Origin: Octopus sinensis
Lineage: Eukaryota
Direction: 5' to 3'
Assembly (NCBI RefSeq): GCF_006345805.1
Contig: NC_043003.1
Span: 53,630,001 to 53,694,000, forward strand
Length of the DNA stretch: 64,000 bases
The translations under genes and the position numbers were made by a program. How positions within the stretch are numbered: the first letter of the stretch is position 1; each line of letters opens with the position of its first letter. The notes below the pieces were generated by a model, which made no database searches, was not told the origin of the DNA, and saw only the letters and a list, made by a program, of their open reading frames with translations. Below are positions 12,752-26,584 of the stretch, piece after piece.

Positions 12752-13281
12752 ACACACACACACACATATGTGTATGTATATATATACATACATATATATG
12801 TATATATACAACTATGTATGTACATCTGTGTGAGTGTGTGTGTGTGTGTGCACGCATGCATGTGTGTGTCTGTGTGTACACGTTTCTTGACATTACGGAA
12901 TGGTTGTAAATGAGCATCAGCATTGTACAAACAATGTTATTCATTTACAGTCTTCTGCAGAAAACAAGTCAGGTCATGGGAAATATTACCTTTCTTGTAA
13001 ACAGGTGAGAGTGTAGGACAGGAAGAGCATCCAGCTGTAAAAATAAGCTGCCTCAACAATTTCTGTTTCCATGCAGTCTTGGAAAACTGGACATTAAATG
13101 ATATCTTTCCTTCTTAATCTACCTTGCAATGAAAGTAGATCAAATGGATTAAGTCTAAATTCTTACAAAATTCTTTTTTATGTTGCCATCAAATTGGTGG
13201 AGCATTCTATACATTCTCTACAAGAATGTCATCCTTGACAACATTTAGTCTCCAATAATAACATTTACTATTATTACTATT

Positions 13282-13890
13282 GAGTGAGAGAGCAGTGCAT
13301 GCCATCAAAGTGACACTGGGGTAAAATATATGAAACCCAGTATACCCATCATGACCACTCGTCTGATAAGGGTACACCAGGCACATGCATCACAACCATA
13401 TGTGCACAACATGGTGATCTCATATCAAGATAAACAGCGCATGACCTTGCAGGTGGGGCCCAGTTAGAATTTTCTTCTGGTCAAGTAGCCCATCCCGCTC
13501 AAAAGGTCCCTGAATAAGGATTGTTTAAGGATGTTGAACGAACTACCCATGTTTCCAAAGGTGAATTATCCAAACCTCCAAGAATCCCTCTCAACACATG
13601 GCTATGATGTTCCCCTACTACTTCTGCTTGTGGTCAGAGATGCACATATCGTCAGCCACTAAGGGACATGGTCAACTGGTTAAGGTGAAACAACTGACAA
13701 GCAAATCTGTGGTATTGAGCAGAATATTTGCTGCAGCCCATCTTTTATACCAAGACAAAACAACATACATAAAAACGCTTCCAATCAGTTAAGATCAGAA
13801 GCCATGAGAGCCACTGTCCAGTACTGCATCAGGGCATTTATTATTATTATTATTATTATTGTTATTATTATTATTATTATTATTAGATAT
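13282..13890 (+). mobile_element. Interspersed retroposed repeat ending in an (ATT)n tail
   Basis: GC-richer 570-bp body between (TTA)-like runs, terminating gggcattt(att)n; family not identified. Confidence 0.45.
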
Positions 13891-14143
13891 AATTTTTATT
13901 AAATAATATTCACATATTTGAGGTTTAATAGAAGAGTATTATTGCTGATCCCTGAAAAGGTCCTTTTTATAATTCCAATGCTGCTATTTTCCTTCTTGAC
14001 TGAAATTTGTTTTAATATTTGTAAGAAAATATATGCGTCTCTTTGGATTTCATTTGACTTGACTGAGCTTGACTTTGCCTTTTATCTTCTGAGTGTTGAT
14101 AAAATAAGTAACAGTCAAGTGCTGGAGCTGATTCAATCAACTA

Positions 14144-15098
14144 TTGGGTCATCCCATAAATAATGCAGTTTTTTCAATTGTATGAACTAAAAGTTGGAGT
14201 GGGGTGGGATTAACTACCTGCATCAACTTGCTATAAAAGCAAATAGTAATTTTACCTGGTGCTTATTACTTGTGCAAATTTTGAAGAGTGCTGTTCGATT
14301 CTAACAGTTATTTTTTCAAAGCTATAATGGAAATGACAAAGGAGCATATTTGGCATATTTTACTTTATGAGTTCAATAAAGGCAACAATGCAACAGAAAG
14401 TGCAAGGAATATTAATGCAGTATATTGAGATTGGACAATAAGTGGAAGCCAGTGTCAACGGTGGTTCCAGAAATTCTGAGCTGGAAACTACAGCCTAGAA
14501 GATGATCCTCGTCCTGGAAGATCTGTAGATCTCGACAAAGATGTCCTGCAAACCCTGGTAGAGCAAAATCCCATCATAACTGTTGAAGAACTAGCATAGA
14601 AGCTTGGATTTGATTATTCAACCAGTCATTCAGATCAGTGCTAGAAGAAAAACGACCATCTTTGGTTTCAAGATGAAAGGTGTTCTTCCATCAGAATAAT
14701 GCTCAGCTACATATAAAGCGGATGACATTTCAAAGGCTGAGGCAGTTTGAATGGGAAACAATGCCCCACCCACCATATTCACCGAACATTGCCGCATTTG
14801 ATTATCATTTATTCCGCAGTCTTCAAAATCATTTGGATGGAAAAATATGAATTCTGTAGACGAGGTCAGAACAGTGCTGGAGGAGTATTTTTTGTCATGG
14901 ACAAGTGAATTTTGGAAGAGGGGCCTTGGAAGTCTGCCAGATAGATAGAAGAGCATTGTAGAAAATGGAAAGTATACTTTAGATTAAAAAAGAACTTATC
15001 TTAATTTATCTTAATTTTACAAAATAAAAGAAGTTTATCTTAATTTTACAAAATAAAAGAAGTATAAAAAAAAACACATTATTTATGGGATGACCCAA
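14144..15098 (+). mobile_element. mariner (Mos1/SETMAR-like DD34D) element, internally deleted
   Basis: Near-perfect TIR ttgggtcatcccataaataatg at both ends; TA TSD at 14142-43 and 15099-100; MEMTKEHIWHILLYEFNKGNNATESARNI from 14327, with stops. Confidence 0.92.
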
Positions 15099-16364
15099 TA
15101 TATGCTCTCACCAAATGTAAGGCCTTGTGCCCACGTTAGAAATAACTATTTGTCAGACAATAAATAATTGTTAAATCTTATTTTATGGTCCTTACTGTAA
15201 GAGTTACAAATATTTTGAAAACAGAATATGGCTCTCAGCTTAATTTTTTCAAAGTACATTGTAACAAACATACTTGCCAAATTTTAAGATTTTTTCCTTA
15301 TGTGACATCTTTGACAATCTGCCGTCATTCTGGCTATTAATATATTTTCTTATAAAGTACAGAATATGAATTGATAAAGTGCTTTCTACCTTGTTGTCTA
15401 CATGTACTCATTTTAGCTTCAAAGCATGTACTCTATATTAGAAATAGATAGCCGTCTTATATATAGATAACTTGTCTTATGAGTGACAAAATAACATCCA
15501 TTTATTAAATGCAAAATATTGTTTTCAACAATTCATGCAAAGTCTTGATTTCTTTAACTTAACCATTTTTTGCTCACTAAGAAAAGGGATATGAGATTGT
15601 ATTAGGAGTGGAGAGTTAGCTCTAGATACAAAATTCCAACTGATGAATATAATATTTTTATTGTAGAATGAGTGTTTGAAGAGTAGTACATCTAAAGGAA
15701 ATGTGTAAATTACCGACCCACCAGTTAGACCTTGATGCAACATGAGTTATCTCCAGACTGTCAAATTGCAGAGACAATCCTATCAACTTTATATTTCCTG
15801 CATACTCAGAACAATTACTTTTGTGTTTTAGGTTTCCCTTTGACATTTTTATTCAACATTACCAAGTGGTTTTGACCTATTTCTTCTTGGAATAAGAAAT
15901 CAGGAAGTTTAATAACTTCATAATTTATCTTCTGGTTAGTTATGGTAAAACATTAACGATAAAAAATGGCTAAACCTAAAGCAATGTCTGTCAAAAATGC
16001 AAGCTGGATTCTTTGAAACTTTTTTTGAAATGTTGAAAAAGATGTCTCAAGAGAATTATGAATTTCATAGAATCAATTCATTTAATCCTTAAGATTCACT
16101 TGAGAGATAGAATGAGAGTGTCAGAAGTATTGGTCATTTGATTCCAGAATATCATGAGAGACTTTGAATGAGAATCTGAAGCATAGATCACTTTGATGAT
16201 ACAAAATATTGTTGATTAAACCAGTTTAGTTGATATCACTATTTGACATTACTTCATTCTATTCCACTGTGCCACTCACATGGATTGAAGGGAAGGTTTG
16301 GAGTGGGTTATTGAGTCGAGTTTCCAGGAATGTTCCCAAAGCCAATTGTTAATAATTATCCTTT

Positions 16365-16580
16365 CTATTATAGGCACAAGGCCTGAAATTTTGTGTGGAG
16401 GGATAAGTCAATTATATCAGCAACACCCCCCCCCCCATTGCACAATTGGTACTTATGTCATCAACTTCAAAAGGATGAAAGGTGAAGTTGACTTTGGTGG
16501 AATTTGAACTCAGAACACGATGGGCAAGATGCCACTAAGCATTTTGTTTAGCATGCAACCAATTCAGTCAGCTCTATGTC
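16365..16580 (-). mobile_element. tRNA-headed SINE (family B)
   Basis: Reverse complement contains ttctgagttcaaattccaccaaagtcaacttcacc...cacaaaatttcaggccttgtgcc, as in 44088-44300. Confidence 0.75.
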
Positions 16581-17218
16581 TTTTTTTTTTTTTTGATAAC
16601 AATAACATATGGCTGAAAATGATTAAATGAAATTCCTCTTTCAACACATATTCTATACATTTTGCTTCCTTTTGAGAGGTATTTTGTTTATTGATTGAGG
16701 TACAGAGTTGAAGAAACTGATTTTAAGAAGATCCTTTAGCTGCATCATCATCATCATCATCATCGTTTAACGTCTGCTTTCCATGCTAGCATGGGTTGGA
16801 CAATTTGATTGTGGTCTGGCGAACCAGATGGCTGCACCAGACTCCGATCTGATCTGGCAGAGTTTCAACAGCTGGATACCTTTCCTAACGCCAACCACTC
16901 TGAGTGTGTAGTGGGTGCATATTCTATATAATTAGCTAGCTTTTCACAGATATTCTGTTTGAAATGTGTAGAAGCTTATCATTACTTTCCATAGTGTTTT
17001 CTTCCTTAGCAATCACAGGTTCTGTGAATGAGAGAATTTAACTCAGAGTTATAAAACTAAGAAAATACTTTCCAGCCCAATCTCCCTTCTGCTCACAGAA
17101 ATCAGCCATAGAAACCATACCAAAGAAGACATTGGAACCCAACAGAGTCCTGTGGTTTGTCAGATCCTGTTAAACCATTCAACCCATGCCAGTATGGAAT
17201 ATGGACATAAGGAGAATC

Positions 17219-17476
17219 GGGTCTCATGGAGGCAAGTGGCTGAGTTCCTTTTGGGTGTTGGGCTTCATGGAGGCAAGGTAGCTGAGTTCCTTTCGAGTGG
17301 GCCTCACGGAGGTGAGGTGGCTGAGTTCTTTTCGAGTATTGGGCCTCATGAAAACAAAGTGACCGAGCTCCTGGGCTGCATAGAGGCAAAGTGTCTGAGT
17401 TCCTTTCAAGTGTTGGGCCTCATGGAGGCAAAGTGGCCGGGCTCCTTTCGAGTGTTGGGCCTCATGGAGGCAATAA
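17219..17476 (+). repeat. About 41-bp GC-rich minisatellite, about 6.5 degenerate copies
   Basis: Unit gggcctcatggaggcaaagtggctgagttcctttcgagtgtt repeated directly with no spacers. Confidence 0.85.
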
Positions 17477-17808
17477 CCTTTGACATTATGTCATGCTTGA
17501 GAAGAAGACCCATCAAGCTGAGCAAAATCGTGGTCATGGCAGATAGTGGTGTCATGCAAATGGCACCCATGCCGGTAGCACGTAAAAGCACCCATTACAC
17601 TCTCAGAGTGGTTGGCATTTGGAAGAGCATCCAACTATAGAAAATCATGCCAAATCAGACTGGATTCTGGCACAGCCTTCCAGCATGTCAGCCCAGTCAA
17701 ACCGTTCAACCCATGCCAGCATGGACAACAGATGTTAAATGATGATGATGATGGTGGTAACAATGACAATGACGATGATGACGACAATTATATACATACA
17801 TATATACA

Positions 17809-19288
17809 TTAATGTGTTTGGAAAAGTAATAGCATTTTTTCACCACTATGAAATATGAATCAACCAATCATGTGAGAGCCAAGGTCAAATGGGCAGGAAT
17901 TGTCTAGAAATAGTATATCATCTCTTCTATTTGGCAGAGTATCATTCATAGTGATTTCGGTAATTAACACCTGGAGGATAAAAACTTAGTGAAACAACAT
18001 ATTTGCTATTGCCTACTGTATGAGTTTCAAAAGAAAACTACCACTTCAGAAGCAATGAGAAACATTTGTGAAGTGTGTCTGGATGCAGTGAAAGCTTGTA
18101 CATGTCAGCTGTGGTTTGAAACAGGTTTAAAGATGACAATCAAGATATATCCAATAGGCCTTGATCTAGAAGACAGCCCACTCTGAATGACAACCTTTTG
18201 AACGACACTATTGTATTGAATCTACATCAAAGCACCAGAGATATGGTGCAAAAATTTAGTGTATCATGTTCATCTATCCATGAACATCTCAAACAAATTG
18301 GGAAAACATGCAAAGAGGGAATCTGGGTTCCACATGAGCTTATGCTGGAGAATCGAACACAACGTTCCACTATTTGCAGCAGTCTTCTGCCAGGAATAAC
18401 AACTTGTCATTTCTGCAGTGCATTGTTACAGGTGGTGAAAAATGGGTTTTACATCACAATAGAAAATGAAAAAGACAATAATGAGAGGCTAGTGACAAAC
18501 ACCAAAACCAGAACTCCATCCACAAAAATCCTTGCTCTGTGTTTGGTGGAACATGAAAAGAATTATTCATTACAAGCTACTAGAACATGGAAGGACCATC
18601 AATGTAGATGTATATTGCCAACAACTTGATTGCATAAATGAAAAATTACATCGAAAGTAGTCAGCTTTGGTAAATGGAAAAGGTGTTATTCTCCAGCATG
18701 ACAATGCACAAACCCAAGGAAAAATGAGATTGTTAAGATGGGAAGTTCTTTCAGATCCTCCATACTCACCTGACTTAGCACCTATGGATTTATGTTAACA
18801 TTTGCTGGGCAGCTAATTTCCTCAACTGTACACAGTTTCTCATCTCTATCCCAAATTATAATATCAGGTCTGTTGTGCTTATGTTTTACTGAGGTCTTCA
18901 CTGGTACATTCCACCAGTATTCCTTATATTATGAGTGACTATGGCTTCTACCATATTATGAGTTTTTAATCCTTTGTCCTCGAGATTATCCTTCCGATGG
19001 ATTTCATTATAGTGTTCTCGCTACAACATCTGCTCCAATCATTACATTTTATAAGAAGCAAAATATTCAGAAACAGAGAGGAAGTTGAAAACAGTCTTTC
19101 AGACACTTTTTCAGGAAAACAAATAAGTTTCTTTGAACATTGTATTAAAAAAGTTACTTTCCTGTTGGGCTGCAGTTGTTAAAAACGATGTTGATAACAT
19201 TGTTGATGAAAACTATTTAGGTAAACATAGTTTACGTTTGATTTTAAATCCGTTCTACTAAAATACAATTACTTTCTGAACACCCTAA
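17809..19288 (+). mobile_element. Decayed mariner (DD34D) element with an internal insertion
   Basis: HICYCLLYEF, GIWVPHEL, ILQHDNA and HPPYSPDLAP-like motifs; degenerate TIRs; TA at 19289-90. Confidence 0.8.
18792..18996 (-). mobile_element. Internal fragment of an RLE-type (R4/Dong-like) LINE inserted in the mariner
   Basis: Reverse complement aligns by eye with 25985-26160 (KHNRPDII.WDRDEKLCTVEEISCPA); flanked by direct repeats ATGGATTT (18784-91, 18997-19004). Confidence 0.8.
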
Positions 19289-20914
19289 TATATAAGCACA
19301 GTCAATGGGCATCTGGTTAAGAAGCTTGTTTCGCAACCACATGATTTCAGAGTTAAAACTACTGTGCACAACGTGGAGCAGGTATGTTCTACTAAAATTC
19401 CAAGGCCTTTGAGTGGATTTGTTTGGTAGAAAGTGAAAGAAGCCTGCTGTGTGCATGTGTGTGTGTGTGCATGCACATGTGTGTGTGCACATGCATTCAT
19501 GTGCATGTGTGTTCATATTTTCTTGTCTTGATATCACATGCTAATTGTAAACAAGCCTCACCACCATACACGCAGTATTGATCATGTAAGTGAAGTTCCG
19601 ACTGAGTTTTAAACCATCACACTCAGGTTCTCTAACTGAGCTCTACAGCTGACCACACTGCCAAAAATGGCAAAGTAGTCATAGATAATTGTGTCACCAT
19701 AATAGGCTTTACCACCCATGTGAACATTGCTCAACTAAATTAATCTGTTGCTGGGTAATTAAGTGAGCTGAAAACTTCCTGCCAAATAATCCAGTTGAAC
19801 TTTCTAGAAACACTCAGTTGGATTAAAAAAGCTGATAAATTGAACCCCAGGTAGGGCTAATTAGAAGTCCACATGGACTGATGACACTGTCTCTCTGCTC
19901 TGTGAGGTGTTTTCTCACCTTTTCTGTTTCCTTAGAGAATGATTCCTGACACTGCACAGAACTATGTCACTCGACATGATAGGTGTGGTGCTTAGAGTAA
20001 CCTGAGGTGTCAGTCAGTTTTGTGATAAGGCATTCTCATTTTTTGCTACTTAATTTATTTCCAACGATTCTGAACTTTGTATTAAATATTTTGCATATCA
20101 TTCAGTGAAAACTTCTACTATTCCATTCTATACTTCTTGAATGCTGTTTTATTTATTCAGCTATTGCATATATGGAAAGGCAAGTGTTCAGGTTTAATAA
20201 AAACATGTGAAAGCTTGCACCAATATTAGTGTGGGCATTATGAACACAACATACAACCTGCTAGATGTTGTTATTGATAAATGATTATTTAACAACTCTA
20301 ATACCACACTAAAGTCATTTATAATCTTCCATAAAGATATATCTGTCTACTGTGCTATTCACCTCAAAATACTGGGGGAAATATTAGTTTAATTGGAAAT
20401 AGGTCAGCATTGACAGCAGGAAGAGCATTTCCTTGTAAAAAATTTGCCTCTACGAATTTTGTCTGACCCATACAGACCATGAAAATTATAAGAATATAGG
20501 GTTGGAGTTTGGTCAGGGTAAATGTTGTAAAAAACCATATAGGAACATTTATGTGAAACAAGGGAAAACTATGAACCAAACTAGTAGCATCTTCATCAAT
20601 GACATAATTGTTCCTCCTTTATCTCATGAGAAATGTCAGATACTTAGGAGTATATGAAACTATATCTTACAATGGTATCTGTAACAAGGAATGCATCACT
20701 ATAGAATATTACTGCTAGATGAGGAAAATATTGACCTTGGAACTTTCTGCATTCAATAAAACAGTGGCCCACAAATATGTTTGGAGTATGCATACCAAAG
20801 TTTGGGCAACTTGATTGGACACTTGATGAGATCTGAGCCATTGATGTGAAAACTGAGTAGAACTGAGCAGCACAAATAATTTTCTCATCAACAGCAATGT
20901 AGACTATCTCTAGA

Positions 20915-21025
20915 CACTAGTGTGGCTAAGGTGTGTGCCACCTGGGGTGACCCTTCCGTGTGCCACCTCCGGACCCCTCAGAAAAATCATATATTTCCTA
21001 CAGCAGACCCCAAGCTACATTAGTG
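20915..21025. mobile_element. Small hAT-like MITE
   Basis: TIR cactagtgtggct / agctacattagtg; 8-bp flanks tctctaga / cctctaga. Confidence 0.55.
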
Positions 21026-21417
21026 CCTCTAGATAAAATGAAAACAAGGATGCAGAGGCTTAACATTGATCGAGACTGCTTGCCTTTGAATGTCATGCCA
21101 TATCCCTTAAGCAACATCGTTTAACCACCAAGAGCCACAGTGCATCCCTTCACTAAGTACACATGCATGAGGCAGACAACATCATGAGACTTGAAAAGCA
21201 ACTCCTCAAAATACATTCCCTGTCTGATAACCTTAAATACATGCCCAAAGAAGTTGCATTATTTTACTGCAACATCAGATGAAAGGATGAGTACATATCA
21301 GCAGAAGACCATGCATGGTTATATTAGCAAAAAGTTCCAGGATAATGGCAACATTGATAATCAACCCAGTCAATCATGGAACAAAAACTAAATCACTAAC
21401 TCTCTTTTTGAAGAGTA

Positions 21418-21932
21418 CCGTAAATCCTTGAGTATAGTCTGCTCTTGAGTATAATACACAGGGCATTTTTAGGGGGCTGTACCTCTGAAAAACCCAAACC
21501 TTGTGTATAATACGCACCCCTTCTCTAACTTGAGTCATGTGTAATTAAGCCAGCAGCACCTAGTCGAACAAACACTTCCGTGCATGCGTAATACAATAAT
21601 GGTGATGTTCTTAACTGTTATATGGGAATGTAAATATGTTTGCAAATTGTTCTTGTTACATGTTATTCTGTGTTCTGAATACTTTTATTTTAATAGATGT
21701 TGCTTACTGTAAGTTATGGATGATTCTTTTATGACTTCATTACTTTCAGGTTTAGCTTAAGGTATTTTTGCCCCCGACATCACAAAATGCATCTGAATAA
21801 ACATTGCCGGACAGCAAATAGAGATTCGGACATTGCTTAGAAAATATTTTTCATTTTTAACCTCGTATGCACTAGGGATTTTGACCTTTAAATTTTGGGG
21901 AAAAAATGCGGATTATACTCGAGGTTTTACGG
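21418..21932. mobile_element. Tc1/pogo-type MITE (CCGTAAATCCTCGAGTATAA family)
   Basis: TIRs ccgtaaatccttgagtata / tatactcgaggttttacgg; TA TSD on both sides; reverse-complement copy at 49645-50146. Confidence 0.9.
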
Positions 21933-22795
21933 TATGCATTTGCAATCCAGGAACAACAAATAGCAACCAAATTCTTGATGCACAAAAGGGACAACGACAC
22001 ACTAAAACACCAAAAAGTGATAACCAGTGCAGACTTTTTGGAATGAACAAGGAAAAGATCACACACATCATCACAAAAATGGCTTTGTGTTATTATCTAT
22101 CAGTGAGACATGATGTAGTGGTCAGGACACTGTACAATGAGATCCATCTGAGGAGAAAGAAATAAGAACCCACAGTATGACAGAAGCCATGCACACTCAT
22201 TATATGAACAAGTACTGATGGAGTGTTCCAATGAAAACACCTATAAAATATAGACATAATGTACCAGACATGGGGATTTGAGATAGAGAAGAAAATCTAT
22301 TTAAAGTAGTGGAAATTAATTGCCCAGTGCATGCCAACATAAAGCTAAAGATGAGTTAAAAAAGAAAAGCCTTACATTGAATTATTGAAAAAGTTACAGA
22401 TATTGTACCAATATTACAAGTTCTGATCTATACCAGTAATTGTTGGAGAACTAGGATATGCAACAAACTGCCAAAGCACAAATCCTGAGGAATTAGGCTT
22501 TTTGAAACCAGAAAGGGGAAAGTTAATTTGAAGATTATAAATACAAAGAATGGAACTGTGAGAAGTGGTAAAACTTTCCAAAAGCTTAGCATTTAAGAAT
22601 ATGTGTACATATTTAGACATGCAACTATATGCATGAGAATACATACATAAAACAAAACCCATGAATTTCCACATGCACTGACTCAAAAATTGGCACAAAT
22701 ACACACAAAAATATACAACTGCCCTATTGATGTTGTTTAAAATTCCAATGAAGGAGCCTTATATCTAGATTAGAAAATTGGCAAAATCTCTGAAT

Positions 22796-22832
<37 letters not shown>

Positions 22833-23524
22833 TACACACACACACACATATACATACATACATACATACATACATACATACATACATACATACATACATA
22901 CATACATACATACATGCAAAAGTACCCTGTTGTTGATGTTGCAATTCTAATGAAGGAGCTTTGGATCTAGGTTAGAAACCGGTTCTATCTCTATTGGCAA
23001 GAAATCTTGAAATAAACTGAATGATGACATACATACAGACAGACAGACAGATAGACTGACAGTTAAGCAACGTATGTTTGCAGTAAAATCAGTCAAAGAA
23101 ATAAGAATTACAATCTATATGAAAATGGAGTACGACTTATCTACTCTCACAGTTATTTATTTATCACAATTTAAAATGAAAATTTAAAAAACCTGGCTTG
23201 CAGAAATTGATTAGTAATTTACTTATATTTTAACAATAAAAAAATATTATCCAGAATGTAGAAACTAAAATATGCAAGGAAAACAATATAAGGGAGATAA
23301 CCTTTACTGACTTTAATTTTAAACCGATGTCTCGGTATCATCAATGATAATGACAGAAAAGTTATCGTATTTAAATACTTTGAAAATGATAAATAAATAT
23401 GAATTAAAATATAGTAAATTACACTGATCTTTGATTGCAGATATCTGCATTAAATGTACTCTTCAGAAGTTTTTAATGTGTTTACCTCTATAGCTTCCAA
23501 AGCTTGCTCCATACGTACATGGAT

Positions 23525-23574
<50 letters not shown>

Positions 23575-23909
23575 ACCCACCCATCCATCCATCCATCCAT
23601 CCATACATACATACATATACATACATACATACATACATACATACACATACATACATACATACATATTGTGCCCCTGCCTCGAACTTTGTTTCCTCACGTC
23701 TTCCAGAAATATTGATATTTTTGTAATGAAATTTTCTACATATAACTTTCAGAATGTGTAGATTACGATTATACTGGAATTTAATATGGAAAAATAAAAT
23801 GGATCGGCTCACACACATACATACTGACACACATCACGTATATATCTACAAAAGGAAAACTTGAAATTTTGGAAAAATTAAAGTGATATGTGTCAGTATA
23901 ATATAATAA

Positions 23910-25090
23910 TATAATGAAATTATTGTATACAGTGCTCAGGTGCACCACAACTTGACAAAAGTGCGTATAAAGCATATGCAGTAATGTACAAATGTCTGGA
24001 AAGTGAACAGTGTATGAGTCAGATACATGCTTGCGTGTGTGTAGAGGGGAGAAAACCAGGTGTAGTGTTGGTGAACCTCAGGAAACATGGAAGTTTTGAA
24101 GGATGCAGTGCTCCAACAACTAACGACTGATGCCAGCGGTTTGTTCCATGCTTCAGCAACTCTTAGCGTGAAAAAATGTTTCCAAAAGTCATGGGAGCTG
24201 TGCTGTTTTCTGACTTTATAAACATGTTCACGGGGTGTTAGACAGATGGAGTTTGAAAAGGTGCTCAGAGTTATTGTTTGTAAGATGGTTAATAATCTTA
24301 TCGGTGTCTGCCAAGTCTGCTGCCAGATGTCGGAGTTTCAATGTATCCATGCCCAGGGAAGTAAGGCATTCAGAATATAGCAAATGCCTGATGGAGGGTA
24401 TTCTCTTGTTTGCACGTCACTGAACAGATTCCAGACGATTAATATCCTGGGCAAGATAGGGGTTCCAGACCGGTGATGCAAATTCCAGATGAGGTCTTAC
24501 CATAGCTATATAAAGCCGCAGATAGATATCCAGAGAGCAGCTCACAAAGGACTTTGTGAGTGACGCCAAGACACCCTCAGCCTTCTTGGCAATTTTAGCA
24601 ATGTGTTTTGTCCAATGCAAATCGCTGTTGACAATAATACCCAGGTCACATTCACAAGAAGACTTTTTGAAATTAGTGTTGTGGAGGGAGTAAGTAGACG
24701 CTGGGTTTCTCCTCCCAAAATGCATGGTGGTACATTTGTCCACAGCCAGCTTGAGTTGCCAGTCCATGATCCACTGCTGCATTGTGTCCAGGTTTAATTG
24801 CAATAAAGATCTATAGTGTACAGGATCTGACCTCTCTATTTCGAGGTACAGCTTGATGTCATCTGCATATGTCATTAACATATGCAACAAATAAAAAGGA
24901 CCATGAACAGATCCCTGTGGTACACCAGATGTCATCTCATAGGGTGAAGAGTGCTGTCCTAGAACTGTGACAACCTCTTTTCGGCCGATAATAAAGGACT
25001 TCAACCAGTTATAGAGATCATCTCTTACACCCATTGCAGAGAGTTTCACCATAAGTCTTTTGTGTGGCACAGAATTAAAAGCCAGTAAGG
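23910..25090 (-). mobile_element. 5'-truncated CR1-clade LINE (RT C-terminal part and 3' UTR)
   Basis: 217-aa ORF with SGVPQGSV.GP, YADDIKLY, DLGI.V, LYIAMVRPHLEFASPVWNPY; 3' UTR shared with 34787-35430. Confidence 0.92.
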
Positions 25091-25204
25091 CGACTTTGAT
25101 ATATTGGAAATTATATTCTCTTAAGTGACTTTTTAAAAAAATAAATCCAAACTAATAAATGATGTAAGCACTCTGATTTTATTCTTGTAACATTTGTCAT
25201 GTAT

Positions 25205-25239
25205 TATACATACATACATACATACATACATACATACAT

Positions 25240-25276
<37 letters not shown>

Positions 25277-25569
25277 TACATACATACATACATACATACA
25301 TACATACATACATACATACATACATACACACACACACCACACATACATACATACAATACATACATACATACACACACACGTACATACATACATACATACA
25401 TACATATATACACACATACATACATACATACATACACACATACACACACACACATACATACATACATACATACATACATACATACATACATACGTACACA
25501 CACATACATACATACATACATACATACATACATACACACACACGTACATACATACATACATACATACAT

Positions 25570-25602
<33 letters not shown>

Positions 25603-25702
25603 TACATACATACATACATACATACATACATACATACACACACACATACATACATACATACATACATACATACATACATACATACATACACACACACGTA
25701 CA

Positions 25703-25734
<32 letters not shown>

Positions 25735-25830
25735 CACACATACATACATACATACATACATACATACACACATACACACATACATACATACATACATACA
25801 TACATACATACATACATACATACATACATA
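25205..25830. repeat. Compound (TACA)n/(CA)n microsatellite, about 630 bp
   Basis: Direct reading; source of the spurious MYVC/HTYI ORFs. Confidence 0.98.
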
Positions 25831-26550
25831 CGTTGGTTGTGATAACCGATGCAGACTTTGTGGAATTAACACCAAAGATATCAACCACATTATAAGCAGT
25901 TTTCTGTAAATGTCATCACGGTTGTAGCTGGGACAATGTAGAATGAGATTCATCGAAAAGAAAACCCAAAAAGACAAAGAAATAGGAATCCACAGTATGG
26001 TGGAAGCCATAGTGATTCATAATAGAAAGGAGTATTGTTGGAATCTTCAAGTGAAATCCTCAGTAAATTGTAAACAGAATAGACCTGATATAATGGTTTG
26101 GGGTAGAGAAGAGAAACTGTGTACAGTTGAGGAAATTAGCCGCCCAGCAGATGTTAACATAAAGCTGAAGGTCAGTATAAAAGTGAATATCTATGCTGAA
26201 CTATCGAGAAATCTGCAGTTACTCTATCCAGATTACAAGTTCAGGTTTATACCTGTAATTATTGGGGCCCTGAGATATGTAACACACTACCTAAATACCA
26301 ATCTTGAGAAATTATGCATCTCAAAACCGGAAAGGAGGAAGCTGTTTCAAAGGCTATAGATCCAAGCAATCACTGGAACTGTAAAAATCGGTAAGACTTT
26401 CCAGAAGTTTATCATTAAAGTATATATGACCATATATAGATATGCAAGTATATGCATGAGAATACATACATAAAACAAAGTATACAAATCTACACATGTA
26501 CATACATACATACATACATACATACATACATACATACATACATACATACA

Positions 26551-26584
<34 letters not shown>

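Larger units (their letters stand above)
20560..23027 (+). mobile_element. Fragmented R4/Dong-like (RLE) LINE 3' half, interrupted by MITEs
   Basis: YLGVYETISYNG..ELSAFNKT; NQCRLFG..KITHII..RHDVVVRTLYNEI (CCHC/RHD); PDMGI; 3' UTR gttgatgtt..aattc.aatgaaggagc present twice. Confidence 0.75.

Noticed and set aside
17219-17476. CRISPR-like array, or a 162-aa repeat protein (17152-17640)
   Set aside because: Contiguous degenerate units without unique spacers, eukaryotic context, no cas genes; the ORF is a by-product of the repeat.
19933-19990. + strand exon after a very strong polypyrimidine acceptor (RMIPDTAQNYVTRHDR)
   Set aside because: Weak donor; the YVTRHD motif is more consistent with a decayed R4-type LINE fragment.
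25133-26010. Five overlapping 210-268 aa ORFs (MYVC/HTYI repeats), and similar ORFs at 12.7, 22.7, 23.5, 26.4, 32.2-33.2, 34.0 and 43.3 kb
   Set aside because: Translations of stop-free (TACA)n/(TG)n microsatellites; open in most frames on both strands.
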